Assembly (NCBI GenBank): GCA_009103225.1
Contig: RHPI01003516.1
Location: 181,942 to 245,941, forward strand
Length of the DNA stretch: 64,000 nt
Origin: Chlorokybus atmophyticus
Lineage: Eukaryota; Plantae; Mesostigma and Chlorokybus algae
Direction of reading: 5' to 3'
The notes beneath the pieces were generated by a model. The model was not told the DNA's origin and did not search any database. It saw only the letters and a program-made list of their open reading frames with translations. A program made the translations under genes and the position numbers. Every line of letters begins with the position of its first letter. Within the stretch, counting starts at the first letter, position 1. Below are positions 1-12,050 of this stretch, piece after piece.

Positions 1-3000
1 TCGGCACACCATTCAAGAAAGCCGTCCACGGCCTCCACATCTGAACTTTGCATGCTAGGCACCCACGCCGTCAATGGCGTCAATGGATGTTGCCCATAGT
101 TCATAAGGAAAGGTGTCACGCCCGTGCTTGCACTCTTGTGGTTGTTAATGGTGAACTCAATCAGCTCCAGCATGTCTCCCCAATTGTCTTGGCGGCTGTT
201 CACATAGCACCGTAGCATGTCTTCGATGACGCGGTTGGCGCGCTCCGTTTGGCCGTCCGTTTCAGGGTGGTACGCGGTGCTGAACTTCAAGCTCGTGCCT
301 AGAGTTGCGTGGAGAGCTCTCCAAAAGTTGCCAGTAAACCGCGGGTCTCTATCACTGATAATGCTTCTTGGAAGGCCATGAGAGCGCACCACATGCTTGA
401 TGAACAACTTGGCAGCCTCGGGAGCTGTGCAAGTCTCCGTACATGGCGCCAATCGCACCATTTTGCTAGTCTTGTCCACAAACACCAAGATAGCATCATG
501 CCCTTCACGTGTCCGTGGCAGCCCCGTGATGAAGTCAAGAGTAACTTGCTCCCACTTCGTCAAAGGTATCGGCAATGGTTGGAGCAGCCCACTGGCGCGT
601 TGATTGCTCGCCTTCACCCTTTGACAAGTGTCGCACAATGCCACATAGTCCTTAACGTCACGATGCATCTCCGACCAGAAAAATTTCTGTTTCAACAAGG
701 CTAGTGTCCGTTCCAGCCCTTGATGACCAGCCATTGGCACATCATGCGCTTCCTTCATCAATGCCACGCGCATGTGCGCAATGTTGGGTATGTACATGCG
801 ATCGCCATGCCATAGCAGCCCGTCCTTCAATGCCCAAAGGCCGCTATGTTCAGTCCCATTCTCCAACGCCTCAATGGTCTTCTCCCCCACCGCGTCCTCA
901 TGCAATAAGGCACGGATCTGGTCAAGCCACTTGGGCTGCACTTGCACCACCGTTTCAAGCGCGTTGAGTTGACGGCTTAATGCGTCCGCAACCTTATTTG
1001 AAGAGCCCGGCTTGTACTTCACTTCAAAGTCGAAGAGTTGGAAGAACTCGAGCCAACGAGCTTGCCGCCGTGAGAGGTGAGGCTGCGTTTGAAGGTACCT
1101 TAATGGCGAGTGGTCCGTCTCAAGTGTGAACCGCTTGCCTTCAAGGAAACAACGCCATTGCCGTAGCGCTAGCACCTGCGCCAGCAATTCCTTCTCATGA
1201 ACGGGGTAGTTGAGCTCAGCCCCGCTCATCTTCTTGCTGAAATAGGCCACCGGTTGCAAGCCGTTGCCGTGATCCTGCTGCAAAACAGCCCCAATAGCCT
1301 TGTCGGACGCATCACACGCCACCACAAAGGGCAATTGCATGTTGGGATGCAGCAGCACGGGAGCCGATGTCAGGGCCTCTTTCAAGTCGGAAAATGCCTT
1401 TGTTGCAGCCTCCGACCAGCTCCAAGCCACCCCCTTCCTCAACAATGCCGTCAATGGTGCCGCCAAGTGCGAAAAGCCCTTTACAAACTTACGATAGTAG
1501 CCGGCAAGCCCTAGGAACGACATGACACCCTTCACGTCCTTCGGGGCAGCCCAATCGCGCACCGCGGCAAGCTTGCTTGGATCTGCCTTGATTCCTTGCT
1601 TGGATACAATGTGGCCAAGGTATTCTACCTCTTCAAGCAAGAAGCGGCACTTGTTGAGCTGAGCAAACAACTTGTGTGTACGTAAACGCTGCATCACCTC
1701 GTGTAGCAATGCCACGTGCTCTCTCTTGCTCTTTGTGTACACAAGGATGTCGTCGAGGTACACTAGCACGCCCTTGCCAATCAGATCAGCAAAGACCTCA
1801 TTCATCAAGGTTTGAAAGGTTGCCGGAGCATTTGTCATGCCAAAGGACATCACCAACCACTCATAGTGGCCATAGCGAGTGTTGAAAGCCGTCTTCTCAA
1901 CGTCTTCGGGCGCAACACGGATCTGATGGTAGCCACCAGCTAGGTCCAAGCTTGAGAAGAACTCAGCACCCTCGAGCTGCTCCAACAACTCATCAATGCG
2001 TGGCAAAGGGAACACATTCTTCTTGGTGATGTTGTTGAGTGGCCGATAGTCGATGCACATGCGCAAGGCTCCGCTCTTCTTACGTACAAATAGGATAGGT
2101 GCACCGTAAGGAGACTTGCTGTGCCTGATGTACCCACGTTGTAGAAGGTCCTCGACTTGGCTCCTCGCCTCTTCGAGTTCAGCCGGAGACAACTTGTACA
2201 CCGGTCGGTACGGCGGCTTGTGCACGCCCTCTATCAGTTCCACACGGTGATCAACACTTCGCGTGGGTGGCAGACCAGCTGGTAGCCCATCCACCATGAC
2301 GTCTTTGAACTCTTCAAGCAACCTCTGCACCTCGGGGTCCTTCGAACTCTCCGAACCAGTGCCGACCAGCTCCAAGTCCGACTTGGGAGGTGTCTCACGC
2401 ACCATGCACAGCCATGCATCCTTCACATTGTTCCCGGACCAGATCTGCTCCATCTTGGTCTTAGAAACTTGTGACACCAGCTCTGGAACCCCTCCCCTTG
2501 AGCTAGAAGCATGTTGTGGTGCAGCTTGCTGGCGCGCCGTCGTGTCGTGCGCGTCACGCGCATGCAGCACATTGCTAGCAGCCTCGACGCAGCTCACACG
2601 CTCTTGAACCACACACGCGCCTTGCATTGAAGCATTGAAGCACATCAAAACCTCACCACCAGCTTCCGGGGTAGTGAGCACCCGCTTCCTCCAATCAATG
2701 GCGGGGTTATGTGACCAAAGCCAAGGCAGCCCCAAAATGCCATCAAAGCCGTTGTTCAGCTCGATGCAGCAAAACCGTAGGCGATCCTTCATCATCCCCA
2801 CGTGCATTTCAAGCTCTTTGCTTTGCTTGGAAGCTCCTCCTGCTGGCGCATAGCCGTCCGCTAGAGCCACCGAGCCGGCATTTGCCCATGACAACCACTT
2901 GTGCCGACGCGCAACCTCACGACTCATGAAATTGCTGTTCGCGCCGCAATCCACCAGCATCTTGCACTCCATCCATGGCCCATTGCCCTCACGGATCAGA

Positions 3001-3188
3001 GCCATGACTCCCAACAGCTGCCTCGCCTTGTCGGGCACTCGAACCATACCGCTTTGCGTTGCCGTTGCGCACATGCCGCCAACCGTCAACAACGCTTCCA
3101 CGCCAGCCGCTGGACATTCAACATCATAGTGAGGCTGCATCACCACCTCAGCAGGAGCCTCTCCAGCTACTGAGGTGAGCCGTTTCCC
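1..3188 (-). CDS. pol: Pol polyprotein (aspartic protease, reverse transcriptase, RNase H, integrase), open to window edge
   Basis: One frame carries LVDCGANSNF (protease), VLVYLDDILV (RT, ~1745-1770), VACDASDKAIGAVL (RNase H), IISDRDPRFTGNFW and YHPETDGQTERANR (integrase); motifs checked to share a frame; no stop-terminated ORF in that frame in the track. Confidence 0.93.
3144..3188 (-). promoter_or_regulatory. Putative -1 programmed ribosomal frameshift signal (slippery GGGAAAC + stem-loop)
   Basis: G GGA AAC heptamer in the gag frame at 3188-3182; pol is in the -1 frame; 4 nt downstream CACCUCAG pairs with CUGAGGUG around an inner GGAG/CUCC hairpin. Confidence 0.8.
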
Positions 3189-4213
3189 GGCTGCAACATC
3201 TCCTCCTCCACCATGTTCACGCGTCCACCGCTGCGAGCGTTGCGGGCATGTGCAGCAGACTTTGCCTTATAGATAGGGCAGTTGGAGCGCACGTGATCAG
3301 CAGAAGAGCACTCCCAGCACTTCCGAACAGCCTTGGCAGCCTCCCGACCCTTTGGGGCCTTCATAGCAACATGGAGCGCACCCAATTCCATTGGAGTTGG
3401 TCCCAAGCCAGCCCCCTGAGTTGCTGCAGCTCCCGAACCAGCCCCAACAGATGCGTATGAGCGATACGAACCTCCACGGAAGTGATTGTAATGTCCACGA
3501 TCAGTGTTTTTGGCAGCCCCCTTGAAGTACAACACGTCCGTGCGCTCAGCAATGCGAATGGCCTCCGCGAGAGTCTTGGCGTCACGAAGCTCAACTTCCT
3601 TGCGACAAAGAGTCTTCAACCCGCGCGTGTAGCGGTCCAGCTGCTCCTCCTCAGTCATGTTCGGTACAGAGAGCACAAGACGCTGAAACGCAGAGGTATA
3701 GGCCATCACGGACTGCGTTTGCACAAGCGTAGAGAGCTGGTCGCGTGCCGTCTTCACACTCTCCACCGGTACGAACTGTTTCTTCACCTCAGCAGCCAGC
3801 TCAGCCACGGTAGTGAAAGGAACCTCAAGACCAGCTTCCACACGAGCACAACGATGACGCCACCACACAAGTGCAGCTCCCTCAAAGAAAGTAGCAGCCA
3901 CATCGACACGGAGATGTATAGGTACCTCGGTGAGCTTTAACCATGTCGAAACGGCAAACACCCACTCCTCCACACAGTCACCGTCCCTCTGACCCTTGAA
4001 TGGCTTTGGTTTTGGTAGCTTCACATGACGAGAGGCTGATGGGGCAACCACAGGAGCTGTAACGGGCGTGGACGCGCGCGCTTGCGCCATGGCTTGTTGA
4101 AATTGTGCCGCTTGAGCTTGGGCAGATGCTTGGACACGTTGCAGCTCCTCATGAGCAGCTACCAGCACTTGCTGAAGCTCCACAACACGTGCATCATCCA
4201 TGGTAGCGTCCAT
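3167..4213 (-). CDS. gag: Gag (retrotransposon gag domain + CCHC zinc knuckle)
   Basis: 348-aa ORF with LPKPKPFKG, GPTPMELG and CWECSSADHVRSNC (CX2CX4HX4C). Confidence 0.95.
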   Translation of the reverse strand: MDATMDDARVVELQQVLVAAHEELQRVQASAQAQAAQFQQAMAQARASTPVTAPVVAPSASRHVKLPKPKPFKGQRDGDCVEEWVFAVSTWLKLTEVPIHLRVDVAATFFEGAALVWWRHRCARVEAGLEVPFTTVAELAAEVKKQFVPVESVKTARDQLSTLVQTQSVMAYTSAFQRLVLSVPNMTEEEQLDRYTRGLKTLCRKEVELRDAKTLAEAIRIAERTDVLYFKGAAKNTDRGHYNHFRGGSYRSYASVGAGSGAAATQGAGLGPTPMELGALHVAMKAPKGREAAKAVRKCWECSSADHVRSNCPIYKAKSAAHARNARSGGRVNMVEEEMLQPGNGSPQ

Positions 4214-4287
4214 AAACAGAAAAATACCTCACACACCAAAGAGATAGTTAATATCCCCTTAAAACAAGAAACCCAACCCCTCCAAGG

Positions 4288-4299
4288 GCTCCGATACCA
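4288..4299 (-). promoter_or_regulatory. Primer binding site, tRNA-iMet type
   Basis: Minus strand TGGTATCGGAGC one base after the LTR-terminal CA; matches the canonical TGGTATCAGAGC Met PBS with one mismatch. Confidence 0.9.
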
Positions 4300-4300
4300 C

Positions 4301-4750
4301 TGTAACGATGCTCGTGCTCACATACACAGCACACAAGTCATACAACACATGTGTGCAGCTGAGCACAATCTTCACACCGGAACCTTGCCTTCACTCGCGC
4401 ACGCACGCACGCGTCGAGCGCGCCCACGCACACGAACACTACTACTTCTCACGCCAAGCAAGAACGCAGCAGTGTGCCTTGGACCACAACTCCCTCAAGC
4501 ATGCACCAGCATACTCACAGCAGAGAGCAGAAAACAAAGTTGGTTGCATTACACAGGGTTTTTCTGTTTATACAAGCACTAGGAAGAAATAGCCTAATTA
4601 AGAGGCATTTCATTATTCACTACCAAATCTAAAGGCAGGTCCAAGTGCAGGCTCCCCGCCACGCGCGTTGGGCCTTCGGCGGCTGTGTGACTGTGCAGTC
4701 CGCGTCACCTGGCACTGCACAGCGCGTGTCCAGTCAGCGGCTGTATTACA
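4301..4750 (-). repeat. 5' LTR (~450 bp) of the Gypsy element
   Basis: Bounded by inverted ends TGTAA...TTACA and adjacent to the PBS; partner LTR is outside the window. Confidence 0.82.
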
Positions 4751-4843
4751 ACCGCGTGGCAGGTGGGTCACGTCGCCGAATTAGCTGCTGTCGAGCAGGT
4801 CGCAGGCGAGTCGCGCGGCAGCAGGGGCAGGCGCCACATGGGC

Positions 4844-6312
4844 TTAATAAAGCTCATAAAAGCCCTCATCAAGCCAGCAAAAAAGGCAAAATAAGTACTT
4901 TATGTACAATAAAATACAAAAAATGCCCCAGGCTGTTACAGGGGGGGTCGTCTCAAAAATGTGATGCCAATACACGTCAAGGTTGAACATGCCGCATAGC
5001 TTGAGGTGTGCAGTCATGTGCGTAAATGCCCCTGCTACGTTCTCTATGACCCATGGCTTGCCGCTCAACTGCAATCTTGTTCTCATGGGTGCAATTAGGT
5101 TGACGTGATCCCGGCGATCTCCAACAATGGCTTGTTGACAAGAAGGGATGGCACCACCGAGCGCTTGACATGGAGGACTCGCCCATAATGCATGGTATGG
5201 GGACAGGGCGGCGTCTAGTGCATTCAGCTGACTGAAATTGAATGGGTATGATGGTTGAGGCTTGTTGTCTATGCCCTCAACATCAAAACCTGCCCTGTAC
5301 AGGCCCATGGCTACTCCACCCGCGCCGCAAAAAAGGTCCAGTGCACAAGGCATGTAATGTCTGCCGCTTGGGTCGCATGGAGTTCGCGTTAAAAGAAGTG
5401 GCGGTGGCTTGGGCCAAGGATCCAGCTCTCTCCCAGGCAAGTCCTGCAGTTTCAGGCAAGATTGACCCCCAACGCGAACCATCACTACCTGCATGTCCGA
5501 AACAAGGCTCTGCTTTGGGAACGCCGCGATGTTCCACTTTTTGATCAAGATGTGGTGCAGCCGTGGATCCTCATTGTAATCGTCGTACTGGATGATATGT
5601 TTTCCTATGCCACGGCAAGTGCTTAAATGAGTACACATATGTACATTGCATACTATGAAGTATATGATTACCTGTATACCTGTATTTGCATCAATTTTGA
5701 TGATGCGGCCTGAATACCAGGTGCTCATTCTAGGCTGGTACACCGCAACATGACTTGCCACCAAAGCCTGCCCCTCATAAATGATCTCCTTTCGCCAAGC
5801 AGCCAGTGTCGCGACGTCGTCGACGGCGTCGACAACTGTGTTTCCCTACCATCCATCAGAAGTGAGTTGTTCATGTATGCGCGCACTATTTTGCTGCTTG
5901 CAAGGACAGTTGAACTCACTCTGTGGTCATGATTAACTTGGGCAGTAGTGGACTTGCCGCGGCCATTGCGTGCGAGCTGACGTCGAACCACATTGCACAC
6001 CTACCCATCTCGATATGCTCCAGGCCGAGCCCAAGGCAGGTGATCCATAGGCTCGCCGTCCCACTCGAACTTGGAGAGCGAGCAATGCAGGCAAGTGCAC
6101 TCCTCCCAAAAAAAATCTGGCCTCATGCATTTTGCCAGCAGTCTGCATTGCCTCACATTGTCTCCCCTGGCCTTGTGGTGCCAGCAGGCTTCATAAAAGC
6201 CATACTGCTCACTGTACAGCTTGCACTTCTCTTCATGCTGTTGCAGACGTTTGTTGTTGCCATTCCTAACCAAATATGCTTTGCAGAAGCTACACACTTT
6301 GATGCCGCGCAT
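4844..6312 (-). CDS. Zn-finger + Tudor + C5 cytosine DNA methyltransferase (phage/actinobacterial-like catalytic domain); spliced, possibly inactivated or 3'-truncated
   Basis: Motif I ALDLFCGAGG (~5316-5345), motif IV WASPPCQ (5165-5179), motif VI VIENV (5036-5050), LCG.MF.L..Y. Tudor signature VAVYQPRMSTWYSGRIIKIDANTG|KHIIQYDD across a GT-AG intron. Cys/His-rich exon 6001-6312 (CSFC..H...C). Motifs IX/X not found. Confidence 0.85.
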
Positions 6313-6450
6313 GCTGGCGCCACGCTACCTGGCACACAAACCTTAGAAGCTAATGCACTGGACGGAAGAAGAAAAGGAGCACGTACGCAAATTGTGGAGC
6401 ATATCCGGTTTGACTTTCCGGCTTGTTTTGAATCGGGAATTGATGTGTCC

Positions 6451-6460
6451 TAAACCCTAA
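6451..6460 (+). promoter_or_regulatory. Telo-box (AAACCCTAA) in the short divergent intergenic region
   Basis: TAAACCCTAA between the divergent Tudor-DNMT and transposase starts; the telo-box is a known plant promoter element, but a single 9-mer can be chance. Confidence 0.4.
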
Positions 6461-6600
6461 TTTACGGTGGGCAGTCATAACGGCGGCGACGGCGGCGGTG
6501 TCAGCGGCGGCAGCGTGCCTGCAGGTCTTTGCTTTGGCTGTATGGAAGTTGATTGAAAGTTGCTTGCAGTATGTAAGATGACTGCTCTAATGTTTGTAGC

Positions 6601-9600
6601 ATGAGCTACTTTCGCAGGTGTTTTTGCCGCGACCGCAAAGGGAGCAAAGTGTTCACACACAACCACATTAGAAGGGCTGAATATCATAAAAACTTTGGCA
6701 AAAACATGTGGTGTGGCACTCCAGAAGCTGTTGCTCCTGAATACCGTGACCGACTACAACCCCATGAACTTGAAGAAGCTGATGCTGCTGTTGCTGCTGC
6801 ATCCTTACACATGTCGTCAGGTACAAGAGCAACTTCTCTACAGCTGTGAATCTATACAACAGGCTGTCTGATCATTGATCTGGCTTGCCCCAGGTGAAGC
6901 TCTCTATGACACCGAACAATTGCTAGTTGGGAACGACGCTACTAAACATGTTGACACATGCACGGCGTTGCAACCGAGTGTTGAATCTCCTTTCAATGTT
7001 GCAGCAAACTTGCAACCAGCAGGTGCGACCTGACTTGCGTGGCATGTTGACATTGCTGATGCCGTGCCTCTCATTGTTCATGTGCCACTAGACTCATTGC
7101 AGCTGGCAGGTTGTAATCCGTGTGCTCATGAAGGGCAATGTGCTTATGGAGAACAACGCGGATCTCACCCAGCATTTTGTGGAATTGAGAACGCTACATT
7201 GCAAGAGCATCAAGGTGCCAGAACCAAATCCACAAATGGACAAGTAGAACCTGAGACGCCAGTGCACTGCACACCTCCACTGCTGAGCAAGTCAATGCGG
7301 AGCAAGGTGATGCGGAGCAAGGTGATGTGGCCGGCGAAGACCAAGACTATGAAACTGATGTGGAATCGCAGCCGGACGAGGCTGAATGCGTTGATGATGC
7401 CATGCTACTTGACAAGGTAAAAGCTGCGTTGCTGGATAATGCAAGCAACCTTGTTGTTTTCGGCTCTCGTACAACCCCTCTAGGCATTTTCATGCTGCTA
7501 TTAGTTCTGGCGCAGCTACATCGAATACCCTTCAATTTTATGAATAAGCTGCTTAGGTTGGTGGGCAAATTATACTGCTAACTGCTGAAACATCAGCCTG
7601 TTTAGAACTGATGTGTTTCTGTGTGCCAGGTTGTTGCATGGCATCCTCTTGCCTAAGGAGAATAAGATGCCAGGCAGCATGCACGAGCTATTGAAATGCC
7701 TTGAAGGCCTCAACATGGGCTTCCACACATACGATGCCTGTCGCTGTGATCGCATGTTGTATTGTGGCCGACATGCCAACAGGATACTTTGCAAAGGTGA
7801 GCAATTGATGTAAACTTTCACTACAATGGGATTTGATTAGCATGTCCCATTTGCATACGACTTGCTTATGCAGTCTGCAAGGCCCCTCGCTACCGCAACA
7901 TAGGAGGTAGACAAGTTGCATGGAAGATTGGGCGTTACTTTGACATGCCTGCTGCGCTAAGGGCTCCTACCCAAAACCTAGTGTTGCTGCAGAGATGATG
8001 GCGCACACAAATCGAAGTCAGGATGGGATTATGCGATCTATACACGGTAACATTGCCAAGTTCAGTGGTAAATGAGGCACGACTGTGTGCATGATTATGT
8101 TGGTAAGCGGCTGGGGCAGTCCAATGTAAGCCCTCAGTGTCCGTGCCTTGTGCTTTTGTGTGCGTGGCGCTGAGGCGGCATGTAAGACCTCGGTGTCCTT
8201 CCCTGTGTTTGTTTCTGTGTCGGCGAGGTGCTGGGGCGGTATGTAAGACCTCAGTATCCAGCCTTGCAATTGTATGCATGTTTAAATGTATTGTGGAGCT
8301 GGGGCAGTTGGTCATAAGCCCTTGGTGTACTTGCTGCTGTCAGACTCGCCAATGTTCAAGGACACTGAAAAACGCTACAGCCGGTTTGCCAAAGAACCAC
8401 GCAATGTGCGCCTAGCAATGTTCATCGACGGGATGAGCCCGTTCAAAGATCCGCACAAAGGTATAAAAGAGCATTTTTAATCCTGTATGCTCGTTGCAGT
8501 GTAACTGTACGGATGGCAGCAAAGGGTTTGTTAACTTGCAGGGAACTATGAGTTTTGGGTTGTCACAATCTCAGTGTTGAACCTGCCCATTGCCAAGATG
8601 CACAAAACAGACACTACATTTCTAGCTGCTGTAATCCCTGGACCCAAACAGCCAGAGAATCTACAGGCTTATCTCAAGCCAATTATTGACCAGTCGGGAG
8701 ATCTCTAGAAAGGTATGGTTTCAACGCAACTAGGATAAGCAGCTTCCATTACTGCAGTCATGCTTGACAAATGCGCATAACTGAGGCATGTAATCTGCTG
8801 GCATTTGTTGTAGGTATAGACATATATGACAGCCACCTCGACGCAGTTTTTCGTTGCAGATCTATTCTGGAGATTGTAATCCATGATTTCCCAGGTACGC
8901 AAGCAGCAGCAGTGTTTGCACTTACTGTTATCAGTGTCTGACTGTATCTGTATATCGGACTGTCCTTGCAACTATGGTTGTGGCTACTGAAGTACATCAT
9001 GTTGGTTGCGCAGCTCTGGCTGCCTTGCAGATGGCGCATGGAGCCATCTTTGGCTGTTCAAAGTGCGAGTGCAGTGGAGAACATGTGGAACTTCTCAAAA
9101 AGGTCATCTATTAAGGCCACCGCCGGTACCTACCTGATGACCATCCTTACAGAGTTGATGAGCATTGGCCGCAACCAGAACACAGATCTCCACCACTCAT
9201 GCGGACTGCAGAGAGCGTGTACAGGTGAGCAATCTCAGTTGATTGCGCATTCGGTTGCAGACCATAGGTATGTCAGCAATGGATGCCATGTGATCACGTA
9301 TGCTATGACATCTCGCAACAGCAAGCGTCCACTGCACTCCAAGAGACATCCTTCAAAGTCCTCCGGCATCCTTGGACTTAGCTGTTTTCACGACCTTCCA
9401 TATTGGCTACCGTTACAAAAATCTGTCAAAGGTCATGTGGTTGGCCCTATGCACATTTTGGCCAACCTGGCAACCAACTTTGCAAATCTCCTAGCTGGCT
9501 TGCGCGACAGCATCGAGTCACGAGAGGATCTGCAGCAGCAAGGCCGCATGCCTGAACTTCGGCTAGAGGTACGTATATAGTCGGCCTCGTTGACATGTAC

Positions 9601-11593
9601 TATAGTTGGATTTAACTAAGGACTTGAACCTATGTGCTGTAGACAGAGATGAAGATGAAGGATGGAAAGGAAGTCGCAGTCAAGGTAAAACCCCAGGCTC
9701 CATGGACAATCACAGATGTAGGACTGGTTGAGCAATTGCTCTCCGGCGTGAGGGTTTCAAGCACTTTCGGCTCGAAACTGCAGTCTTTTACAAAGCATTT
9801 AGGTGAGATAACCGTTACATGTTTTGTGTTTACGCTAAAGCAAAAATTTTCCATGCATGGAACTTTTGGCATGGAGCATGCAGGCTCGATGAAATCGCAC
9901 GACAAGCACAACTTATGGTCGTTCGTTTTTCAGTACGTGCTGCGCTCTGCACACGACATTGGAGAAGATCAAAAGAGAACCATTTTCAAACTATGCGACA
10001 TCTATCAACGGCTGACTGCATTGGAAGTAAAGCAGTCACACCTCGAAGAATTGAAGGTTGGCTTTAATAACACTTACTGTGCATGCCCAGCTCCTATGGC
10101 ATGCATAGCTTATTACTTAGTGCAGGTGCTGGTGCATGAGGCACATACTGAAGTGGAGCTGTTCTTCCCTCGAACTTCTCTCACAATGATGCTGCACCTC
10201 CTTGGCCATCTACCAGAGCAGTGCATGTGGCTTGGTCCAACGCGTGACCACTGGGAGTGGGCACATGAACGCTTTATGCAGTGGGTGAAGCGCATGATAT
10301 TTGCAAGGCAGCATGTGGAAGCAAGCATCTGCAGAAGGCAAGTTTTGTGTGAGCCCATTGAGAGTTACGTGCAAACTTTTAACATTGTTTGCCTTGTTCA
10401 AGTGCCAGTTGCATCTGCAGATACTCTATCCAGCTCATGCTGAACACTTACATGGACACCTTGAAGCGACTTTTCTCCGACATCAGTTTGCGATCGGGCA
10501 AGCAACGAGATGATGACGACTATGTGCTCTACGAACGGAGACACCGTATCGAGGTTGGGGATAAAGATAGTAAGACAAGGCAGGAGCTCGAGTGGTGGTT
10601 GGCTGAAAATGACGATGAATACAGGCTGTTAAAAGAGTAAGTTGCTTTGGGAGTTGCTGTTTTGTACGTGATGTCCAACGCGCAGACAGTATGATGTATT
10701 GATGGGTTGCTGCTACACAGAGAGTTCAGTCGGGAGGTGAACAAACGCAAGATGGCAAGGGAAAGGGCTCAAAAACAAGGACATGTCGTGGCAAAGGACA
10801 TGGAGCATATGACTGAGCTGCATCACTGGCGTAGACCTGCTAGGGAGCTTACAAAGCCCGAGATGGAGCTGTTGAGCGGTCCAATCTTTCTAAAGTACAC
10901 CAAGCGATACTTCAGAGCACGCTACAAGGACATCGGTCAGTTCAGAGCAGAGGAAATGGAGCAGAAACTCCGCACCATGGACCGTGGCGTGTTTACCGTT
11001 GGGCGTGACTCAGATGACCCAACCAAGAAGATCCATTGGTATGGCAGGGTGCAATCTTTTTATGTTGTGGTGATAGCTGGTCGGGAGCACTAGCTGCTCA
11101 AAGCTAGGTGGTACATGAGCAACCAAGTCCAGCACAGTGGAGGATTTGCAATCCTAAGAAAAGACAAGCCCCGCTTTGCAGAATAAACCTACCTTGATAG
11201 CAACTTGGTAAGTGGCTGTGTTGCAATCGTTTTGGCGTGTGCTTGGTGTGATGATAGTAAATTGAAATAGTAGTATGAAAATGGCTAATGAATATCCCTT
11301 CTTGCTGGCAGGTCAAGGGCCAATGGTTTGAGGGAATTGATCCCCATGACAACAAAGTAACAGTAGCGCTTGTTAAAGACAGGCGCAGTCTCATGCGTCA
11401 AGGCATGCACTGGGACACTCCGGTAAGAGGAGAGTTAACAACGTTATCCATTAGAATCTGGATGTCCTCATATATCCTGGGTTTTGGCATCACATACAAC
11501 CATCTTGTGTACTTGGTGCAGGTTGCCCAAAGCGAAACCAAAAGCGCCTCGAGTGAGGTGTCATGGACCACACGCCGCGACTGGCATTTTTAG
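6601..11593 (+). pseudogene. CACTA/En-Spm (TnpD-like) transposase, multi-exon, decayed
   Basis: Transposase_21-like exons FAKEPRNVRLAMFIDGMSPF and VLNLP...VIPGPKQPENLQAYLKPIIDQ; DUF4218-like MMLHLLGHLPEQ..LGP..HWEWAHERF; DUF4216-like WYGRVQSF...ARWY. Lesions: frameshift ~7965, TAG at 8706-8708 and 11591-11593. Confidence 0.9.
8110..8330 (+). repeat. Imperfect intronic minisatellite (about 4 copies of GCTGGGGC..TGTAAGACCTCAGTGTCC-like unit)
   Basis: Copies near 8110, 8170, 8230 and 8298 inside a transposase intron. Confidence 0.6.
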
Positions 11594-11685
11594 TACAAGA
11601 GGTACTGTTTGCAATTGTGATGTCTCTCATATACTCATATCCTACTGTAAACTGTAGACCTGGCCACTGAACCTTTGTTCACAGG

Positions 11686-12050
11686 ATGAGACCGAGACTG
11701 GAGCTGGATGCGTTGGTACATCGGGAACATGAAGACTACTGCTTTGTCTGCAAGGATGGGGGCACCATATCCGGCTGCGATGTGAAAGGTTGCTGGAAAA
11801 GCTACCACGCGCACTGTGTCTCTATGCCACCTGTGGAGGATGAATGTTGGGAGTGCCCAAAGCATGAGTAAGTGGACTTCATTGCAGCAAAAGCTTGGCA
11901 TCTTGTTGTGAGGAACTTCACTCCTAGAACCATCATCACGTACTGAACCAAAACACAGGTGCCATGTGAAGAACTGCAATGCAGCAGCTTTTCAAGTCTG
12001 CGCGACGTGTCCAAACAACCTCTATCGACGGCACGCTGTGCACACGTGGG
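11686..12050 (+). CDS. PHD finger + C5HCH-like Zn finger exons (NSD-type module)
   Basis: EDYCFVCKDGGTISGCDVKGCWKSYHAHCV...WECPKH spliced in phase to ECHVKNCNAAAFQVCATCPNNLYRRH. Confidence 0.8.

Larger units (their letters stand above)
1..4750 (-). mobile_element. Ty3/Gypsy LTR retrotransposon (5' LTR, PBS, gag, pol; 3' end outside window), apparently intact
   Basis: Minus-strand order LTR-PBS-gag-protease-RT-RNaseH-integrase; integrase after RNase H is the Ty3/Gypsy order. Confidence 0.96.
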
